A DNA stretch of 63,911 bases, filler included, from Olpidium bornovanus S191 (Eukaryota > Fungi > Olpidiomycota): assembly GCA_017911155.1 (NCBI GenBank). It is 28 parts of 28 records of this genome, joined end to end, with 100 filler letters (N's around TTAATTAATTAA, not from the genome) between each part and the next. Parts side by side here need not be neighbours in the genome. Positions count along the whole stretch, not along the records: positions 21,573 to 24,844 come from JAEFCI010000778.1; positions 24,945 to 27,057 come from JAEFCI010009245.1; positions 27,158 to 29,115 come from JAEFCI010004485.1; positions 29,216 to 32,102 come from JAEFCI010000047.1; positions 32,203 to 34,424 come from JAEFCI010001770.1; positions 34,525 to 36,517 come from JAEFCI010003183.1; 22 more parts are not named here. One strand, given 5' to 3'. Below are positions 24,265-35,385 of this stretch, one piece after another; positions within the stretch are counted from its first letter, which is position 1, and the number at the start of each line of letters is the position of its first letter. The notes beneath the pieces were generated by a model. The model was not told the origin of the DNA. It made no database searches and saw nothing but the letters and a program-made list of their open reading frames with translations. The translations under genes and the position numbers were made by a program.

Positions 24265-24844
24265 TGTCACGGCGCGCGCTAAAGTGGCGTCAGACCCATC
24301 TCGGGCGCCGTCAAACCCTTATCAGGGCAGCCCGCCGAGCGCAGATCACGTGACCCGAGATTCACTAAGGCCACTAGACACACTGGTGTGTCCAGTCGCG
24401 ACGTCACGTGACCCTCCTGACTAAGACCAAGACGGTGTGTATAGTGCGCGCCAGCGCTGTGTTGAGCCGTAGCATTGGCGAATTCCCACCACGCTGTGGC
24501 TGCGGAGAACATTCCAAAGCCCGGCGCCAGTACTGGCACCATAATAACGGCCTCTGGAATATTTCTGAGCCCGCCGCCAGTACCGGCGCCACAATGCGGG
24601 ATATCATAGGATATCTCTGAGCCGGCCGCCAGTACCGGCACCGTAATATGAGATATTACAGAATATCTCCGAGCCCGATGCCAGTGCCGGAGCCGCAATA
24701 CTGGATATTGCGCACCGGTACGGCATGACGCACCGGGACGTGGTACCGGGCACCGGCGGTACGCACAGCACTTACGAGATCACACACCGCATAACCGCGC
24801 AGGCGCAGGCATTAGGCTGCGCCTATATAAAGCACCAGGTCCTA
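24265..24844 (+). mobile_element. Probable LTR (starts TGTCAC; TATA box near contig end)
   Basis: TGTCACGG start, two TCACGTGA sites, internal tandem repeats, CTATATAAAG at ~24823; contig ends before the LTR end. Confidence 0.55.
24526..24705 (+). repeat. Tandem array of ~51-bp units (about 3.5 copies) within the LTR
   Basis: GCCAGT motif at 24526, 24576, 24628, 24680 (periods 50, 52, 52); the first unit begins with the perfect palindrome GCCAGTACTGGC. Confidence 0.85.
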
Positions 24845-24944
24845 NNNNNNNNNNNNNNNNNNNNNNNNNNNNNNNNNNNNNNNNNNNNTTAATTAATTAA
24901 NNNNNNNNNNNNNNNNNNNNNNNNNNNNNNNNNNNNNNNNNNNN

Positions 24945-25330
24945 CGAGGCGTCGGGCTGCGCGGAGTCGCAGTGCAGGCCGTAATGGGGGGTGCCCTGCA
25001 AATAGTTGAGAACGCGCTTTAAAGCGTTCCAATGCGCGGTGGCCGCGTTGGCTGTGAAGCATGAAAGGAAAGCCCACCGCTGCCGCGATGTCAGAACGGG
25101 TTCTCGTCGACAGGTACAACAGGGATCCAATTAATTCGGCGAACTTGGCCTTTTCAATGGTGCTGGCGGCGTCAGTTCGCGCGCCGAGGCTACACACCGC
25201 CGAAGGGTCGAGCGGGACACGCTCCAGATGGGCGTCAGCGTGATTAAAACGATTCAGCAGCACTTGCGTGTAGTGTCGTTGCACAAGATGCACGGCTCCT
25301 AGATTTTTGTCTCGCAGAATTTGCATGCAG
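24945..25330 (-). mobile_element. Ty1/copia reverse transcriptase C-terminal fragment, frameshifted
   Basis: QRHYTQVLLNRF..KFAELIGSLLYLSTRTRSDIAAAVG | FLSCFTAN..HWNALKRVLNYLQGT. Confidence 0.9.
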
Positions 25331-25459
25331 AGGACACTTGAGAGGGCACCATAGCTCGTCAGCAGGGCGCTCAGGATCGATGATAACGGGTTCAATAGGG
25401 CCGGCAAGAATTAACTCATCAATTCAAGTAGCGAGAATTGCAATCACGGAGGTAAAGTT

Positions 25460-26745
25460 GTGCAGAACGCGGTCGAAAAATCATCGAAAAACCCATGGTC
25501 GTCATCGGAAAAATCATGGGCGCCTTGCTCGGAGCGTGAGCGCGCACGTGAGCGTGAAGAGGACCGCTCTGCTATTAACCAGCTTGCCCAGCTCGTTCAA
25601 CAGCTCGTCTTGCAGGTAGGAACCGTGGGAGCCGTTCAGCAAGCCGTTCCTCCACCTCCATCGGCAATGAGTCAGCCACAAATACAGGCGGAAATTGCGC
25701 AGAAGAAGGAGAATTTTTTGGACGACGAGGACGCCATTTCGGTCGCGCCCTCCCAAATCTCCCGCACTGTGTCCCGCTCAGGCGTGGAAACACAAAGAAA
25801 GCAAGTCTCCTACTCCATGATTAAACCCCTATTGACACAGGTACTCGTTTATGACAGACACGGAGGTGCCACAACCCTCGAAACTTTTATCAGCAAGTTC
25901 GACGCCTACCATCACCACCGCGACGGCCTTGTACCAGAAGACCTCCAGCTCCAACAAGCAGTGGCCAAGCTCAAAAAATTAGCTTCTGCCTTTTGGCTTT
26001 CACATGAAAAGAAACACCCCATCGGTGACCCTGACAGATGGTCCTCTTGGGAACAGCTGCGGCAAATGTTTCAACCCTGCGTATTACGGAGACCAAATAC
26101 GCACTAAACTACTAACCATTACTCACTCAAAATACCACACAGTCCACAGCTATATCGACGCGTTTAATGCGCTTTTATATGCAACTCCCGGACACAAACG
26201 ATCAAGATAAAACTTGGATAACCACGTTTAAACAGGGTTTGCCGGACGCCATTAAGGAAAAATATTTGTATCTTGCGTATAAACCACTAACCCTCCAAGC
26301 CACTCACGATGCGGCCGTGAAGTTTGCGCGCCACGTTAAATGGCCCCGACCGGCATTTGCTAACCTCACAAAGACTTTCTCCTCTTTATCTCCGAAGAAG
26401 AAATAAGACAAGCGCACCCATTTCAAAGCGCGGGGCGGGACCATCATCGCATACGTGGATGTCACCTGCAAGCGTTGCGGAAAGAAAGGACATTTCGCTA
26501 AGAAATGCCGCAGCCGTCCAAGGCGTGATCACCAGGTTCTGTCCGCCACAAATGCTGCACCAGCCATCCGGGCGCCCGTTCGACCTACACAAAATGCACA
26601 ACCTGATGCCGAAGCACATGCAGCCATCGCGCTCCTCACGACCTCTCATGCACATGTCCAAGCTACAACCTCTGCTGATGAGAATACAAAAGACCCTGTG
26701 AACGTTGATTCATGCGCTTCAGAACATATGTGTGCTGTGGCACGG
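25460..26745 (+). mobile_element. Retroelement gag (capsid + CCHC) and start of protease, frameshifted
   Basis: TLETFISKFDAY..AVAKL..ASAFW..WSSWEQLR; YIDAFNALYMQLP..TFKQGL; CKRCGKKGHFAKKC; VNVDSCASEHMC. Confidence 0.88.
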
Positions 26746-27157
26746 CCCTCGAACCGCCCGTTGACCGATGCCACGGAGGGCGGGCGGCGGGCGAAGGGCG
26801 GCGGGCGAAGGACGGCGGGCGAAGGGCAAAGGGCGAAAGGCAGGCGAAGGGCGGAGGCGGCGGCGGGATCGAAGGCAGGACAGCTCCCGAACCCGGGGGC
26901 CGACCAATAGAATAATCCCCCTCGAAGCCCGCCAATCGAAGAGCTCTTTCCCCCTTCCCCCCCCGAAGCCCGCCCATTGAAGAGCTTTCCCCCCTTCCCC
27001 CTTCCCCCCCCCCCGCCCCCCCCCGGGGCCCCCCCCCCCCCCGCCCCCCCCCCCCCCNNNNNNNNNNNNNNNNNNNNNNNNNNNNNNNNNNNNNNNNNNN
27101 NTTAATTAATTAANNNNNNNNNNNNNNNNNNNNNNNNNNNNNNNNNNNNNNNNNNNN

Positions 27158-27272
27158 AAGAGAAAAAAGACAAAAACAATTAAAAAGAGAAAAAAGACAA
27201 AAACAATTAAAAAGAGAAAAAAGACAAAAACAATTAAAAAGAGAAAAAAGACAAAAACAATTAAAAAGAGAA
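27158..27272 (+). repeat. 27-bp tandem repeat, about 4 copies
   Basis: AAGAGAAAAAAGACAAAAACAATTAAA repeated from the contig start. Confidence 0.9.
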
Positions 27273-27481
27273 AAAAGAACAAAAAAATACAAAAAGAACG
27301 ATAGACAATAAAAAAAGAAAACGGAAAAAAATACAAAAAGGAAATAAAGGACAAAACAAAGAAAGAAAGGAAAAAAAAAAAAATAAAACGAAAGGGAGAA
27401 ACGAAAAAAAAAATCAATCATGGCGTCATCTCTCGGTGCCGTCTCTCAAATAATCGCTCCCTCGTCGAAATTTTCTCTTAC

Positions 27482-28260
27482 AGCTGCATCGTGACTGCAC
27501 TTCGGAGCAAGCCGATGTGCGGCGAAAGCTTCAATATCCCGAGAGAACAGAGGTTAATATCTACGGTGGACTGCAGCTCGGAGAACGCGTAGGGGTATAG
27601 TTTCCGGGATTTGCGGCGGCCAACGGGCCCGGCGAGAGAGACGACAACACCCGCGTTGGAGCGCGGCGGCGCGGCGGCGGCGATGACGGTGGGGGGGCGG
27701 TTGCGGAACGGGATGCCAGCCGCGCCTGGGCTCCGCGGCGATGCGGGCGACGTCTGGTCGTGCGGGGCGCCCTCGGCGAAGTCCCGCCCGTCTGCGGGGG
27801 AAATCCGGGCGCTCTCGTCTGGGAGGTACGGGTCCCACCAGGGCGAGTCCTCGTCGAAGAGGTCAAGCGTGGCGACCGCCTGTTTCCGGCGCGGCAGCAG
27901 CTTCGAAAGGCGTAAACCCTGCGACTGCCTCTGCTGCTGCGCGACAGGCTGTTGTAGCAGCTGCTGCTGCGGCGGGCGTTGCGGCGCGGTTGCGGGAGGG
28001 GATCGCGGCGGAGGTGTCGGCCCGACTGGGGAAACGGATCCCCGCACGGCGGCCGAGGGCTGTTCCGGGCCGGGCAGAGCGGCGGCGGGAGCGGCGGGGG
28101 CATCGTCGACCTGGGGCGGCTGGTGGTGGTGGTGGTGAAGGAGGGGCCGAGGCTGGTCGGGGCGGCGGCGGCGGTCGAGGCGGCTCCTCCTCTGCTCTGG
28201 CGACAGCGCGGTGACCGCCAGCGGCAGGACGCGGTGCTCCTTGCTCAGCCCTGCTCCCAT
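27482..28260 (-). CDS. Predicted N-myristoylated leucine-rich-repeat protein, first exon
   Basis: Starts MGAGLSK (Gly2, Ser6); long disordered region, then INLCSLGILKLSPHIGLLRSAVTMQL (LRR start); GTAAG donor. Confidence 0.6.
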
Positions 28261-31110
28261 TCGCGGGGATAAGGGCGGGGGGGGGGGCCGGGTTGTGTGG
28301 CCTTTCGGAGGATGGGCGGCCGGGCGGGCTTTTGTGACGGGGCGGGGGAGCGGAAAAAGAGGGTGGAGGCCGGAATTTTGCCGCGGAAAAAAAAAAAAAA
28401 AAAAAAAAACCGGAAACCTCAGAATTTTTTTCTGTTTCGCTCTGAAAAGTTTGAAACGAGGGAAGCGGGGGGGTGGCCGGCCACGTGCTTCAACGCCCTG
28501 AAAAATGCGAAAACAAAAAAGAAAATCTGTGCGTGTGCATGCTTTTTTAAGCACCCGCACGGTAAAAACTCTTCCCGTTTCCCCCTTCCCTCCCCCCCCC
28601 GCCCCGTCTGGCCAGCCGCCACCCCCCCCGGCACGAGCTTTCACTGGTCGCTTGTCTGATAAAGTAAGGGGGGGGGGGTCTCGGCCCTACCGACAAATCG
28701 GTTGGAGTTTGTTCGAAAGCTCACGACGCTCTCTCTCTCCAGAGCCGTTGCCGGCTCTAAAAAAAAAAAAAAAAAAATAGGCTGGAGTAAACAAAAAGGG
28801 AGGAGGAGGAGGAGGAGGAAGGGTATTTGGTGTGGAAGGGGAAAAGGGAGGGAGCGAAGGGCAGAGAGAGAGAGGAAAAGGTGGAAAACTCGGGGAGGAA
28901 TCTACCCTCGTCCTTTTTTTCCAGATTTCCGGCTCCCGCGGTCCTTCACGCCGAGGTGTGGATTGGGTGGTGGTGGTGTGGTGGGGGTGGGGAAACAGGG
29001 AGAAAAGGAGGAAGGGGGGGGAGGAAGGCGGGCGGATATCACGGCGGCGGGGACGTTTCGCCCCCTTCCGCGACCCCGTTCTCCTTCTCGCCTGCCGCCG
29101 GCGGCAGAGGCCATGNNNNNNNNNNNNNNNNNNNNNNNNNNNNNNNNNNNNNNNNNNNNTTAATTAATTAANNNNNNNNNNNNNNNNNNNNNNNNNNNNN
29201 NNNNNNNNNNNNNNNCCCTACCTCCCAGAGATCAGGTACCGTCGGATCCTGAACAAAGCGTTTGGCGCCGGAGGTCGGTAATCCCGTTCGAAGCGTGGTC
29301 CGCAGATTTGTTCCCGCTGACAGTCGGTATTTCATGCTGACTCGAATCATGTCTGCATAACTGGCGCAGCTTGGACCTTGCTGCCGGCAGGCCCGGTCAG
29401 GCGGGAGGGAACCGTGGTTTCCCGTGATTACCAGATGTTCGTGTTTGGGCGGCTGGTCAGCGAGGCCCGGGGATATCAGGAGTTTTTTCACAAAGGCAAA
29501 ACCGCTGATGTCGCGGTCGAGGGCATCAAGAGCAATGCTCTAATGCGCTGCTGTGGGTTTTGCATTTTCTTTGATTTTCTTGTTATGGCGGATGGCCCCC
29601 GCTGAATCAAGGCACCTGACTCAAAGCATCTTCGGTGTTGATTGCAGGCAAGGACCTGGGAATTGCCAGTGAGCTGTGGTACGCCGAATTGCGGTGCGGG
29701 CGAAATCGCTGAGTGTTTGGATCCCGCGTCTGAAACTTCCAAATGGAACGAACCAACAGGGACCCCGACTGGATAAGGGAATGGCAGTCGCGTCAGCCTT
29801 GTGCAGCGACCAACGCGCCCCCCTCGGCCAAGTTCCGCGACAACGAAGATCGTCGTTTTTATAAGGCTGACGGAAAGACCGCTGACCATCAAAACAATTA
29901 AGCCTCTGCGGGCAAGCATTTATGAACACGCAGTTTCTCATAGGCTGAGCCAACAAATTTCTCTTTCAAATCTGGGAAATGCTTTCCCAGTGATTTTCCG
30001 TCAGCACAACCGCATAACGGAATTTAGCTGGCAATACAGGTATGCTCTCTTGCCGCTTTCGAGGCGGCAGATTGGTTGTTAGTACACAAAATCACCCTCG
30101 AAGAATTTTCCGAGAGTTGTCCTGTTCAGATGTTTGACATTTATATCAGGGGAGACCTGATTCGCAGACGGATAGGATTGGTCTTACTGTATGACAGTAA
30201 CTCTGACAGATGGAACTAGAGTGTTTGCTGTTTTATTTGGGGGAGCAGCTCGGCGGCCTTCGACGAAAAGAGGCGCTTGGTTGGAATTATCGAATGCCTC
30301 GGTAGTTATAGTGCAGGCGCAGGTTCACCACTTCTCTCACACCACTTACATTACTGCAAAAACGGGGCAAAGTTTCATTTACTACAGAAAGGAAAATCGC
30401 CAAAAAAAGCTTATGCCACAGGGCAGCGAATGTCTAACCGCTGCAATTGAGCTCACCCTTCGGAGGTTCGTGAGGCGGCCTTGATAAACGATGATACCTG
30501 GATTGGGTCGTGACCCACGGAAAACGTATCTGAAGAGTCCATATTACGAGGGCGTGCCAACCCTGGGGCGCCGGCCAACTTAACGTGCCGCAGTTATGTG
30601 TAAGAGAGTGAAAGGTCGAGAAGTTGACCAATGGCCTGGGTAAACCACGCAGATGAGGAGGACGTGTTGATCCGGCTATGTACGTTGTCAAGACAAGCCT
30701 ATACGCGTAGCGTCCATAGCGTCGCCCAACCCCCAGGTGGGCTCCCTTTAATTCCTACAGGGGGAAGGCGGGCCTCACGCGGTCCCGCGTTTTCACTTGC
30801 TTTGTGCTTCCGCACCATAAGACCGGGGGATCTTCCTGTCAGACTTCCTATTTTTGAAGCCCTCCAGTGCACCCCGGGCGACGGCACTCCTGCTCTTCGT
30901 GTCCCCCCTTCCCCCCCCCTCCCCCCCCTCACCCGCCGCGCAGGCGGTGCTGCCGACAGTTGTCAGCAAACGTTTCTGTCGCACACGCGAACTTTAGGGC
31001 TGGGGATATAGACAGGATTATCAAACAGCCTCGGAATCTCAAAAATCTGCGCCCCGTCTCGTCGTGGGGTCCCCCGGGCTGGGCGCCGAGTGGCAAAAAC
31101 CGAACGGGCG

Positions 31111-31146
<36 letters not shown>

Positions 31147-31590
31147 CGAAAATCCAAGACGCCCGGGGCCGCAGCGTGCCTCTTTTTCCTGAGGAGGACA
31201 ACGGACTGTCATCATTCGCGCGCCGCGATCCGTCGTGTGCGCGGTAGCCCCCCCCCCCCCTCTCTCTCTCTCTGCAGACGCGGCTGCGTCCTCTCGCGTC
31301 GAACTTCCGGGCGAATATACCAATGCAGGACCGCCGCGGTCGACCAGCACTTCGGCCGGCCGGCATGGCCGTAAAGCAAAAAAAGAAAAAAGAAAAAAGA
31401 AAGAAAAAAAAAACAATTATCCACGCGGACGGGAGAGGCAGGGGTCCGCGTGACCGCCGGGGTCGGGGCCGCAGAAGTGCCGAGGCCTTGCGGGATGCCC
31501 GCATACAGCAGCCTGCGCACGTCGTCCAAGGGGGGAGGGGCGGGTCTCCATTTGGGGGAAAAGCGGGGGTGGGGAGGAGGTGTGGTGGAA

Positions 31591-31638
<48 letters not shown>

Positions 31639-32204
31639 GGGGGGGACCGCGAGGGGATGACTTTTTTTTTTTCAAGTCGCTGAAACGACAGGACAAAACC
31701 CCGCCGGACGCCCCATTTTGGGTGCCTGATGAGAGAGATCAACCCTTTGCCCCGCCCACCAGGAAATGTTTCGTGTTTTCCCCTTCGCCCCCCCCCCCTT
31801 CCCCCCCCGGCGACTTGGCGAAATCAAAAAGCTCTCTCTTCGGCCGTGCCAGTAACAGACTGCACCACGCGCCAACCAAAACACCATTTGGTTTGGCGAC
31901 GAGGAGATTTTTTTTTCGCTTTGATGAGCAGCACGGCTTTTTTTTTTTGTTAAGGTCGCACGCAGGGGGGGAGGGGGGTGCACGCGAAGACGGACGCGTG
32001 AGACAGGTGATGTGCGTTGCGCGGAAAAGCAAGGCAATGTTCCCCCCCCGCCCGCCTTCCCCCCCCCCCCCCCCCCCTCCGCCCCCCCCGCCCCGCCCGC
32101 CCNNNNNNNNNNNNNNNNNNNNNNNNNNNNNNNNNNNNNNNNNNNNTTAATTAATTAANNNNNNNNNNNNNNNNNNNNNNNNNNNNNNNNNNNNNNNNNN
32201 NNCG

Positions 32205-32284
<80 letters not shown>

Positions 32285-32376
32285 ACTGCCCCCGCACCCC
32301 ACCGCACGCGACAGCTCGGAGCCCCGTGTGGTAACCGCGCGGGAAGGGGCCGGACGCACTGCGTCAACAGACACGA

Positions 32377-32803
32377 CGTTGAAAGACGGCTTTGCCATCG
32401 ACCTGCCTGCCGCTCAACATCGACGAGCATAAATAGCGTCCCTTCCGCTCCGTAGCTCGACTTCGAATGCAATTAACTTAGCCTAGCTTAGCCTAGCCTT
32501 CCCTTTCGACTGCACTGTCAGCCCTCGTCACCTTACCTGTAGCACACTGCTCAGACCTGACGAGGAAGAGGAATACAACGCTGTGAACCTTGCCGCAGTA
32601 CAGGAGGGCAGCAGCTGGAGCCTTTAAATGGGGAATGCCTGAAGCTAGGCTCGGGAGTTTCAACAGATGAGTAAAGCCGAGGTGGCCGATGTTGCGAGCG
32701 AGCTGTACATGCACTACACACACAGGCTGAAAACCCCGCACCAGAACTCTACTTTTTCCCAAACAAACCAAATAAACGGAAAGCGCATAATCGCATAATA
32801 ACA
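32377..32803 (+). mobile_element. 5' LTR of a copia-type element
   Basis: (C)GTTGAAAG start (inferred TG to CG change), AATAAA, ends ATAACA directly before the PBS; 5' boundary uncertain. Confidence 0.7.
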
Positions 32804-32815
32804 GGTTATGAGCCC
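32804..32815 (+). promoter_or_regulatory. Primer-binding site GGTTATGAGCCC (half-tRNA-iMet type, as in Ty5/copia)
   Basis: Reverse complement GGGCTCATAACC is the initiator tRNA-Met anticodon stem-loop. Confidence 0.9.
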
Positions 32816-33155
32816 AAGGCTCCAATGCTCCCCTCCCAACACGCCCGCGGCAACCATGGGCGTGCGCAGAAGCGAAAGAATCGCGTCGAAGACCGACGCG
32901 GGATGACTAACTCATGCTCCCGAGCGAACGGAGCAAAAACAGGAGGAACACGAGGACAAGGTAAGTACCTTCGCTCCTATCACGTCCCAACTCTTCGCAG
33001 AAGCAACTTCTGCAGCGCGCACGCGCTCGGGAACGGCAGACACTGCCAAAAGGGAAGAAAACGTTGGAAAACGCGCAGAACCCTCTGCCTCTGCGCCCAC
33101 TGCTTTCACCTTCAAAGAAAGCGCAACAGCCGCCACAGGGAGCGGCTCCCGCGGA

Positions 33156-33960
33156 TTGGAAGAGCGCATAAACCAACTTCTAAACACACAAGAAGAAGAA
33201 AAACGCGCCTGGCATGCTGCCGAACAGCGTTTAGACAAACTGACCTCGTTGTTCGAGAACTTCTTTCTGCAGAACGAGCGCGGGCATACCGAGCGCGGAA
33301 ACAATGACACCGCACAACAGCTTTCGGACAAAAGCGCCGAAGAAAGCGCTAACGAGAGCAATCAACAGAGCGTACGTTCCGTTACCAGCTCAAATTCTAA
33401 CGCCCCGCATCGCCCAGCACGGAACAACAGGCTCCCTCAACTCAGCTGGAACCAAGTAAAACCCCTGCTCGATAACGTACCTAAATACGACGGAAGCGAT
33501 GGCATCGACAACCTGCAAGCATTTATATCCAAATTTGATGCATACGATTGCCACAGCGCAGGCATCATCACAGATGAGATAAAACTCGATCACGCCGTTC
33601 AGAAGCTGCAGAAGTCTGTGCAAAAATTATGGCCAGCACATGATGCTAAGTGCCTGGCTGGTTTTCCCGATCGTTGGAAAAATTGGCTGCAATTGCGTAG
33701 CGCACTGCGAGAACGATTCTGCTTGCCCCATTACGTTGACGAACTTCGCGAGAAACTTCTAAAAATCCACTTCTCGAAGTTCACCTCCATAACTGCATAC
33801 ACAGACGCTTTCAACAGCATATACATGCAACTACCGGACGTCGACGAAAAGGACCAGCTCCTCATCGCACAATATCGCGTGGCCTACCAGTCGCCTTACA
33901 AGAACGTTTCGAGTACAAGAGCAAGGCCGACTTGCGAGGCCTTCCTGGAGCATCAAAAGG
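33156..33960 (+). mobile_element. gag capsid ORF of the same family as 25460-26745
   Basis: VPKYDGSDGIDNLQAFISKFDAY..AVQKL..RWKNWLQLRSALRERF..YTDAFNSIYMQLP; aligns by eye with the 25460 copy. Confidence 0.88.
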
Positions 33961-34524
33961 AGACGATGACGCTCCATATCCCAGTTCAGGAAGCTGCACA
34001 ACTCGGGGACGATGTTTGCGCAGTTCGGCGAGCTTCTGGGCCTCGGTGAAGGTCCCAGAGAGCTCGAGCTCGGAAAGGAAGCGCTGCTTCCACGCGATCC
34101 AGCCGCCTCCACACTGGAGTGCGTTGTCCCACACGGGAGACATGCGGACGCGGCGGCCGTGAGGGACGACACGGGAAATGCCAATCGACGCAGCACCAGC
34201 AGAGGGACGGCAGGAGATCGGGGACGGCGAGCGATCTTCCTCCGAATTGGAAGACGACGATTCGGACGAGCTGTCGGGCGACGAGGAGAATGATCATCGG
34301 CGACGGCGGCGGCGGTTCGTCGAAGAACGGCGACGAGACCGAGCCGGGGGCGAGCGCGATGGAATACGCGCGGTTGCGGTCGACGGGCGAACGGTCGTCG
34401 ATGGGTCCGCAAGTCGAGCAGCCGNNNNNNNNNNNNNNNNNNNNNNNNNNNNNNNNNNNNNNNNNNNNTTAATTAATTAANNNNNNNNNNNNNNNNNNNN
34501 NNNNNNNNNNNNNNNNNNNNNNNN

Positions 34525-34634
34525 ACCACGCGCCGCGCGCCGCGGATCTTGTAGCGGCGGAAGAAGTGGAAGCGCTCGGTCACCAGGAGGAACTTGCGCC
34601 GCCCGTGGAAGAAGTCGCCGCGCGCCCGCGACAT
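34525..34634 (-). CDS. UTP25: Utp25/DIEXF C-terminal fragment
   Basis: MSRARGDFFHGRRKFLLVTERFHFFRRYKIRGARRV matches the Utp25 motif SRAR..FF.G...LL.TERFHF..RY.I.G. Confidence 0.8.
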
Positions 34635-35385
34635 GTGTCAGAAGAGAGCCGGAGAAAAAACTGTGTTCGGGGGCGTTGCGCTGCGATCTCTCCTCTAGGC
34701 CTATTTTACACGGCGCGGGCAACTACGGTTTCGACAAAAGGTCCCACAGGGCCCGGTGCGCGCGGTGCGTCTGCGGCTCTCAGCAGCGCCTCCGCCCTCC
34801 CCCCCCTCTTTTTTTGTGTGTGGCCTTTATTTTGACAGGGGAAGAAGAGAACGTGGCGCGGGCGGGGGAGAAGGAAGGGGAGGGAGGGGGGGGCGGGGGA
34901 AAAAACGAGCAACGCGCGCCGGGAAAGAAAATAAAAACAAAACAAAAAACAAAACAAAAAATATACAACGCGGGGGGAGGAAACGCGCGCGCGCACGGGA
35001 CGGCCCTGCCCGAAAGCCGAAACAAAACCAAAAAAAAGAAGAAGACAAACATCGCGGGCCGCTCGCGCTCGCACGGCACAGCACCGCCGGGATCGCGCGT
35101 AAATTTTTATTTTACCGATGCGAAGGAACAAAAATTGGGGAACGAAATGAGGGGGGGAGGAGGGGGGGGATGGGAAACAAAAATAAAATAGAACAATAAA
35201 ATAGGAGGAAAAATAACAAGGCGAGGAGGATGATGGGTGCAACGCGGGTGGTGAGTTGCGGGTGGTGAGCAAAATAACGGAAAAGGGAAGGCCGAAACGG
35301 CAGCAAAACAAAAAAAGGAAAGGTTGGGGGGGCGCCTAACCACTATCTCTCATTGTTGCCAATGGAGCTTGCTAAGTTGAGCGGG

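Noticed and set aside
24526-24705. CRISPR-like array (palindromic repeat with ~40-nt spacers)
   Set aside because: The spacers resemble each other, there are no cas genes and the context is a eukaryotic LTR; it is a tandem repeat.
31300-31560. TBC-domain fragment (LDDVRRLLYAGIP)
   Set aside because: Too short, and the flanking exons do not continue the motif.
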